A DNA stretch of 64,000 nt, from contig CBDIDG010000006.1 of the NCBI GenBank assembly GCA_965277615.1, forward strand, positions 1,578,332-1,642,331. Reading direction: 5' to 3'. Below, piece after piece: positions 59,108 through 64,000 of this stretch. The notes under the pieces are model-generated. The model searched no databases, had not been told where the DNA came from, and saw only the letters and a program-made list of their open reading frames with translations. The stretch comes from Streptosporangiaceae bacterium. GTDB taxonomy: Bacteria > Actinomycetota > Actinomycetes > Streptosporangiales > Streptosporangiaceae. The translations under genes and the position numbers were made by a program. Each line of letters begins with the position of its first letter. Positions within the stretch are counted from its first letter, which is position 1.

Positions 59108-60040
59108 CTAGCGGCCGGCCAGCTGGGCATCGTAGGCGGCCTGCAGGTCGCCGCGGGCGCGGGGGCTGACGCACAGGTGCCACACCTGGCCCTCGTCAAT
59201 TACGTTGATCTGGTCCGCCTCCTGCCGTTCCAGCAGCAGCCGGGCCAGCGCCCCGCCCCGGTCAAAGCGGCGGAACCACTGCATCTCCACGTCGCAGGCG
59301 TACCCGGCACAGTGTGAGCTGGGCAGGACGGCAGCGTAGCCAAGAGACCGCAGCCGGTGCTGATGCTCGACGCTCCGGACCAGGCTGGTCACCCACAGCC
59401 GGGGCGTGCCGGCGGGCAGCGCCGTGGCCAGGTCCCGGGCCAGCTCGTTGAGCAGCGCGACGACGACCGGGCGCGACCGGGTGAACCGCAGGCCCGCTGT
59501 CCGCGGCCTCAGGTCCGGCAAGGCCTGCCGCCGGGCCCAGTCCCGGGCCCGGCTGGCCAGCCCGACCGGCTGCTCACAGTACTGAAACCCGAGCACGGCG
59601 GCGGCCTTCAGCGGGGGCAGATCGACCAGCTCGGCCGACTGGGTGACGTCGGCATCGGCGCCGAAAGGCATGGTTTCGCCCCACCACATGGTGTCGATCT
59701 GGGAGAGCAGGATGATGCGGGCGAAGGACCATACGTCGCCGGTACCACGGTCGCTGGGCCGGAAGCGGCCCAGCTCAGCGGCCAGGTACTCCGCAGCCGC
59801 GCCTGCCCCGCCTCTCAGCCGGGACAGCACCGGCGCAAACTCGCGGTGGACGAGACGCTCGCCGACGAACGCGCCTACCGCGGAAGGATCAGCCGAGCCA
59901 AGCGTCCTGCTCGCCTCCGTCACCAGGTCATCGACGGCGGCCCGGTACCCAGCCAGCTGGGCCTCCGGCGCGATCAGTGCGCCCGGGCCTGGGAAGTCCG
60001 GCTCCGCACGCTGACTCGCAGGCCTGGAGTGCTTGCCCAT
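59108..60040 (-). CDS. hypothetical protein with VanY/M15 (LAS-fold)-like zinc-site motif in the C-terminal third
   Basis: 310 aa. LWVTSLVRSVEHQHRLRSLGYAAVLPSSHCAGYACDVEM (SxHxxGxAxD pattern) and a later VWHLCV. The first ~200 aa were not recognised. Confidence 0.55.
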   Translation of the reverse strand: MGKHSRPASQRAEPDFPGPGALIAPEAQLAGYRAAVDDLVTEASRTLGSADPSAVGAFVGERLVHREFAPVLSRLRGGAGAAAEYLAAELGRFRPSDRGTGDVWSFARIILLSQIDTMWWGETMPFGADADVTQSAELVDLPPLKAAAVLGFQYCEQPVGLASRARDWARRQALPDLRPRTAGLRFTRSRPVVVALLNELARDLATALPAGTPRLWVTSLVRSVEHQHRLRSLGYAAVLPSSHCAGYACDVEMQWFRRFDRGGALARLLLERQEADQINVIDEGQVWHLCVSPRARGDLQAAYDAQLAGR

Positions 60041-60320
60041 GTCCTCCCCCTGGCACCGGACCTGTCCCTCGTCGCGGCGGCGCGATCATGGCCCACGGGA
60101 GCCAGCGCGATGCGCCGTCGCCGCACGCCGGGCACCATTGTGTACCACTGCGACCCAGTGCATCCGCGAATGCGCCAAGAACCCAGTGTGTGTCCTGCGC
60201 CGCGAGGTGAAGGCGATGACACACTCCGGCACGCACGCCCAGCCATATCAACCCGTTCTGCACACCCCACGGGAGATCCGGTCAGTGAGGCGTTCGCCCC
60301 CGGAGGACTACTCTCGTCGC

Positions 60321-60355
60321 GGGAGCCAGGAACGGGAGCCAACGCAGGTCGACTC
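60321..60355. repeat. 35-bp direct repeat, right copy
   Basis: gggagccaggaacgggagccaacgcaggtcgactc. It contains an internal GGGAGCCA duplication. Confidence 0.9.
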
Positions 60356-60404
60356 CCCCAGACTGGTCCCGACGACGTTAGGGCGTTTGTTGCAGGTGAG
60401 AGGG

Positions 60405-61057
60405 TCTCCGGCCACGCCGAAGCCCGCGACCATGTACGCGGCCAAAATCATGTGCGGCATCTCGTAGCTGGCCGAGCGGCTGAAGAACACCTGCCACACG
60501 TCGATCGACGTGATCTGGCCGTTCCGCTGAGTGAAGCCACCCGGGGTGTTCATCCACGAGTTCACCGCGATGACCGCCATCGCCCCGAAGATCCCGCTGA
60601 GCGCGATCGGCATCCCCGACCACCAGTGGGCCCAGCCCGGCAGCCGCCCCCAGCCCCACAGGTAGATCCCCGCGAAGATCGCCTCCAGGAAAAAGAACAG
60701 CCCCTCCACGGCGAACGGCACCCCCAGCACCGCCCCGTACTGGCGCATCAGCCCCGGCCACAGCAGGCCCATCTCGAACGACAGCACCGTCCCGGTGACC
60801 GCGCCCACCGCGACCAGCACGCCCATCGCCTGCGACCAGCGCCGCGCCAGCAGCATCGCGGTCTGGTTCCCCCGCCTCAGCCCGATGAACTCGGCCAGCA
60901 GCACAATCGACGGAAAAGCAATGCCGAAACACGCCAAGATGATGTGAAAGCCCAGCGTGGCCGCCATCTGCGCCCGGTCCGGAACGACATCCCCGGGCAC
61001 CTGCGCCGCGACCAGAAACATTGATCCGCTAGCGCTCATGGATACTCCCTCGGGCAT
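60405..61057 (-). pseudogene. cydA: cytochrome bd-type quinol oxidase subunit I, 3'-truncated
   Basis: ATLGFHIILACFGIAFPS...WPGLMRQYGAVLGVPFAVEGLFFFLEAIFAGIYLWGW...AVNSWMNTPGGF...AAYMVAGFGVAG, then unrelated sequence. About half of a normal CydA. Confidence 0.7.
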
Positions 61058-61284
61058 CGGCGCGGCACCGCCTGGTCCCCCACATCTCGATCAGACCGCG
61101 CCAAGTGTCGCACCCGTCGCAGTGACCCGCATCACCAGTCCGTGTGATTCGAGTTGCCTGAGAGCGCGTCCGTCAGTCCGCGCCTGGGTTGACTAGGGCG
61201 GGCACATCGGGCACCAAATCACACGATTACGTAATGCCGGCTCACCAAGATGGTGCCGACGCTGGCCGCATGCATAAGAAGAGC

Positions 61285-61450
61285 GACGCCAGCAGCGCCA
61301 CGACGAAGACCAGCTTCTCAGGCGTGTCCGGCAGCTGGACCCAGCCGACGATGGACTGTGAGGCCAGCTGCCCCTCGGACTCCGCCTTCTGGGTCGGGCT
61401 GGACGGTTACTCCGGCGAACACCTTGACCAGACCGGGACGTCCGTTGACC
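61285..61450 (+). pseudogene. fragment of a peptidase G1/A4-family protein
   Basis: SFSGVSGSWTQPTMDCEASCPSDSAFWVGLDGYSGEHLDQTGT. Nothing recognisable follows. Confidence 0.5.
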
Positions 61451-61464
61451 CGCTCGGCGTGGGG

Positions 61465-61758
61465 TCAATCTTTAGGACCCCGGAGCCCGCACCGGTGGGC
61501 AAGATCGTCGCTGGTCGGGTAGACGCGGACTGCGCCGCGGAAGGTGCCGAACGCCGACTCCAGGGCGGGAATCTTGGCGAAGACGTCGCTGATGGTCTGC
61601 CCGCAAGCCAGCCGGATCCGGGCCCGCCAGCTCCATACGTCGACCGCCACAGACATAACTTGGGATCCAGCCAGCCCGACAGCTTTGGCGATTCCCACCC
61701 GGCTCATCACCTGTGGCGGCCACGAAACATGGCTTCGCCGGTTCTGGGAGCCGGTCAT
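61465..61758 (-). pseudogene. possible N-terminal fragment of a conjugative FtsK/TraB-like protein
   Basis: VDVWSWRARIRLACGQTISDVFAKIPALESAFGTFRGAVRVYPTSDDLAHRC resembles the pre-ATPase region of actinomycete plasmid/AICE transfer proteins, from memory. Confidence 0.3.
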
Positions 61759-61762
61759 CAGG

Positions 61763-63211
61763 TCAGCCCGGAAGAAAGACTTTTGACGTATCGGCCAGAC
61801 GTCGGGGATGGCGCCTGGCCAGGTAGCCGACGTAGCCGATGCCCAGAATCATCCAGGCCACCAAGACCAGGCCCGCGTAGGACAGCGGCGGATCCAGTGG
61901 GTCGATGAAGCTGAATACCGGGATGCCCGCGCCGGTGAAGAACACCGGCACCAGGACCGCGATGCCGATAACGGGAATCAGCGCGTGCCGCCACCAGCTG
62001 AACTCCGCTCGCTGACGGCGCCAGAAATACAGCATGCAGGACACGTTGACCGCCACATATAGCAGGGCGAACACCATGCCGCTGAGGGTCCCAATGAGCT
62101 TGAAGCCGTCACTGGGCCCGAACCCGAACCCCGTCCCAAAGACGACGGCGACCGCGACAACGAACTGAATGGCCACGGCCACGTAAGGCGATTTCCACCG
62201 TGGATGGACGGCCGCGGTGATCGGTGGCAGCACTCCGACCCGGCCGAAGGCGAAGATCGTGCGGGTTGCGGCGGTGGAACCGGCGTTGGCGTTGGCCAGG
62301 CAGGAGTTGAGGACGCAAATCAGCACCAGTACCCACGCCACGCCCCACACCTTCGAGGCGAGCAGTTCCCAGTTGACGCCGAATCCCCCGCCGAACTGCG
62401 AGAACTGCAACATGTTCTGCGGGCCGAAGTAGACCGTCACGGCGTAGGTGCTGAGAAGCTCGATGAACACCACCAGCAGCAGGGCGACAAGTACGGCGCG
62501 CCCGATCGTGCGCCGCGGTGCCCGTGCTTCCTCCGCGATCGGGGCTGCGGCCTCGAATCCGCCGAAGGCGAGCACGGTGAAGATCATTCCGACCGCAATT
62601 CCGCTGAAGCCCTCATGATGCGGGACGTTCGCGAACTGGGTGCTGAAGACCGCGGCGGTGTTACGGCTGCCCGCAGCGATGACGAGCCAGACCGAGAGGA
62701 CCAGGAAGACACCGAATTCAAAAACGCTGAGGATCACATTGACCGTGGACGATGTACGGATGCCCAGGTAGCCGACTGCGGTCACCGCGGCGATGGCCAC
62801 GAGCGCGTAGAGCCACCACCAGCTGGACGGGAACACGTTCGCCGCCCTCAGCGCGGCGGTGAGGATGAGCGCGAGCAGCGGCTCGGTCAGGAGCGACAGC
62901 AACAGGTAGGCCCAGCCGACGAGCAGCCCGGCCACCGGGTGGATGGCCTGGGCGGCATAGGTGGAGAACGATCCTGCGGCCGGAAGATGCCGGGCCAGCG
63001 CACCGATCGACAGCGCGACGGTCAGCAGGGCGAGCAGGCAGAAGATGCCCGAGATGATAGCGGCGCCGCCCGCGTAGGCCATCGCCAGCGGTAGCGCGGA
63101 GACGATCGTGGCTCCGCAGCCCATGAAGGCCACCGACTGGAACAGCACTTCCCGGAAGCCCACCGCCCCCTGAGCTAGCGAAGTACCGGTTCCGGCTCCC
63201 CGGCCGGCCAT
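61763..63211 (-). CDS. APC-family amino acid permease
   Basis: 12 TM-like segments. ATG at 63211 preceded by GGGGAGGAG (ORF extends to 63244). Confidence 0.85.
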   Translation of the reverse strand: MAGRGAGTGTSLAQGAVGFREVLFQSVAFMGCGATIVSALPLAMAYAGGAAIISGIFCLLALLTVALSIGALARHLPAAGSFSTYAAQAIHPVAGLLVGWAYLLLSLLTEPLLALILTAALRAANVFPSSWWWLYALVAIAAVTAVGYLGIRTSSTVNVILSVFEFGVFLVLSVWLVIAAGSRNTAAVFSTQFANVPHHEGFSGIAVGMIFTVLAFGGFEAAAPIAEEARAPRRTIGRAVLVALLLVVFIELLSTYAVTVYFGPQNMLQFSQFGGGFGVNWELLASKVWGVAWVLVLICVLNSCLANANAGSTAATRTIFAFGRVGVLPPITAAVHPRWKSPYVAVAIQFVVAVAVVFGTGFGFGPSDGFKLIGTLSGMVFALLYVAVNVSCMLYFWRRQRAEFSWWRHALIPVIGIAVLVPVFFTGAGIPVFSFIDPLDPPLSYAGLVLVAWMILGIGYVGYLARRHPRRLADTSKVFLPG

Positions 63212-63320
63212 CCTCGCTCCTCCCCGCTGTGGAGTCCTAAGCATAGGCTGTGGCCTGGCGAAACGCTCTTATCGGTAAATAGTTGCGCATCCCTGCCGAC
63301 CTTTTGGGAAACCTTGAATC

Positions 63321-64000
63321 ATGGCACCGTCCCAGGCACGGCGGCCGTCGGCCATGGGCTCCAATCTGCGGGGACGTGCCCCCCGGTTCCTTGGCCGCCA
63401 CGATGAGCTGAGTGTGCTCGGCTCGCTGGTCCACGCTGTCCGGACCGGTGACAGCCAGGTGCTGGTGCTCCGCGGCGAGCCGGGCGTGGGCAAGACCGCG
63501 CTGCTGGACTGGGTGGCCGACCAAGCTCGGGAAAGCCAAGTGGCCCGGACCGCGGGCGTGCAGTCAGAGATGGAGCTGGCCTTCGCCGGCCTGCACCAGC
63601 TGTGCGCGGGCCTGCTCGGGCACCTGGACGGCCTGCCGGATCCGCAGCGGGACGCCTTGCGGATCGCCTTCGGCCTCAGTTCCGGGCCTGCGCCCGACCG
63701 ATTCCTCATCGGGCTGGCCGTCCTGAGCCTGCTGTCCGACGCGGCCGGAGAGCAGCCACTGCTCTGCCTGATCGATGACGAGCAGTGGCTTGATCGCGCA
63801 TCCGCGCAGGTCCTGGGGTTCGTCGCCCGCCGGCTGGCGGCCGAGCCGGTCGGCCTGGTGTTCGCCGCCCGCACCCCCGGGGATGACCTGGCCGGGCTGC
63901 CGGAACTAGCGGTTGGGGGCTTGGGGCTGGACGAGTCGCGGGCGCTTCTGGACTCGGTGCTGACTGGCCCGCTGGACGCGCGGGTCCGGGATCAGATCGT
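63321..64000 (+). CDS. LAL-type LuxR-family regulator, N-terminal AAA/ATPase part (runs off the window)
   Basis: My translation from the ATG at 63321: FLGRHDELSVLGSLVHAVRTGDSQVLVLRGEPGVGKTALLDW...LLCLIDDEQWLDRASAQVLGFVARRL. No stop before 64000. Confidence 0.8.
   Translation, partial: MAPSQARRPSAMGSNLRGRAPRFLGRHDELSVLGSLVHAVRTGDSQVLVLRGEPGVGKTALLDWVADQARESQVARTAGVQSEMELAFAGLHQLCAGLLGHLDGLPDPQRDALRIAFGLSSGPAPDRFLIGLAVLSLLSDAAGEQPLLCLIDDEQWLDRASAQVLGFVARRLAAEPVGLVFAARTPGDDLAGLPELAVGGLGLDESRALLDSVLTGPLDARVRDQI

Noticed and set aside
54790-64000. Idea that the LAL C-terminal fragment (54790..55210) and the LAL N-terminal gene (63321..) are two halves of one gene split by an insertion
   Set aside because: The order is wrong. 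The C-terminal piece lies upstream of the N-terminal piece on the same strand, so a simple insertion cannot explain it. They are more likely from two different paralogs.

Overview
Very GC-rich actinobacterial chromosomal segment. All family calls come from reading the supplied translations and the DNA by eye; no searches or computations were run. Positions 1-40.2 kb look like ordinary chromosome. They hold two DUF2079-type membrane-protein paralogs with in-frame tandem repeats, TetR/AraC/LacI regulators, guaB1 and an orphan amt. They also hold a LacI-controlled Opp/Dpp-type ABC importer + GH3 operon, an RCK-K+ channel and an ECF41/SigG-like sigma factor broken inside a (GGGCC)4 pentanucleotide repeat. 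The rest of this part is a co-directional STAS / YjbR / flavoprotein / RHH / PLD gene string, paired acyl-CoA dehydrogenases + FabG, an ABC-2 exporter + GtrA group and a GT51 transglycosylase. At 40281 a tRNA-Pro(GGG) opens a ~23-kb mosaic of decayed integrative elements. The mosaic has three copies of the tRNA 3' segment, four defective tyrosine integrases, and one IS1380-family IS with a CCAG target duplication. It contains many gene fragments: XRE, SMODS-type nucleotidyltransferase, LAL regulator, cydA, G1 peptidase and TraB/FtsK-like. Apparently intact cargo includes a two-component system + ABC-2 transporter, GNAT, GH65 + PfkB kinase, an ECF sigma and an APC permease. My best candidate for an undescribed system is a 3.8-kb cassette (56560-60355). 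It is bracketed by 35-bp direct repeats and by two truncated genes. It carries an AsnB-type amidotransferase close-coupled to a protein with a VanY/M15-like zinc-site motif, plus an RHH-tailed protein. No rRNA, CRISPR array or reverse transcriptase was seen.
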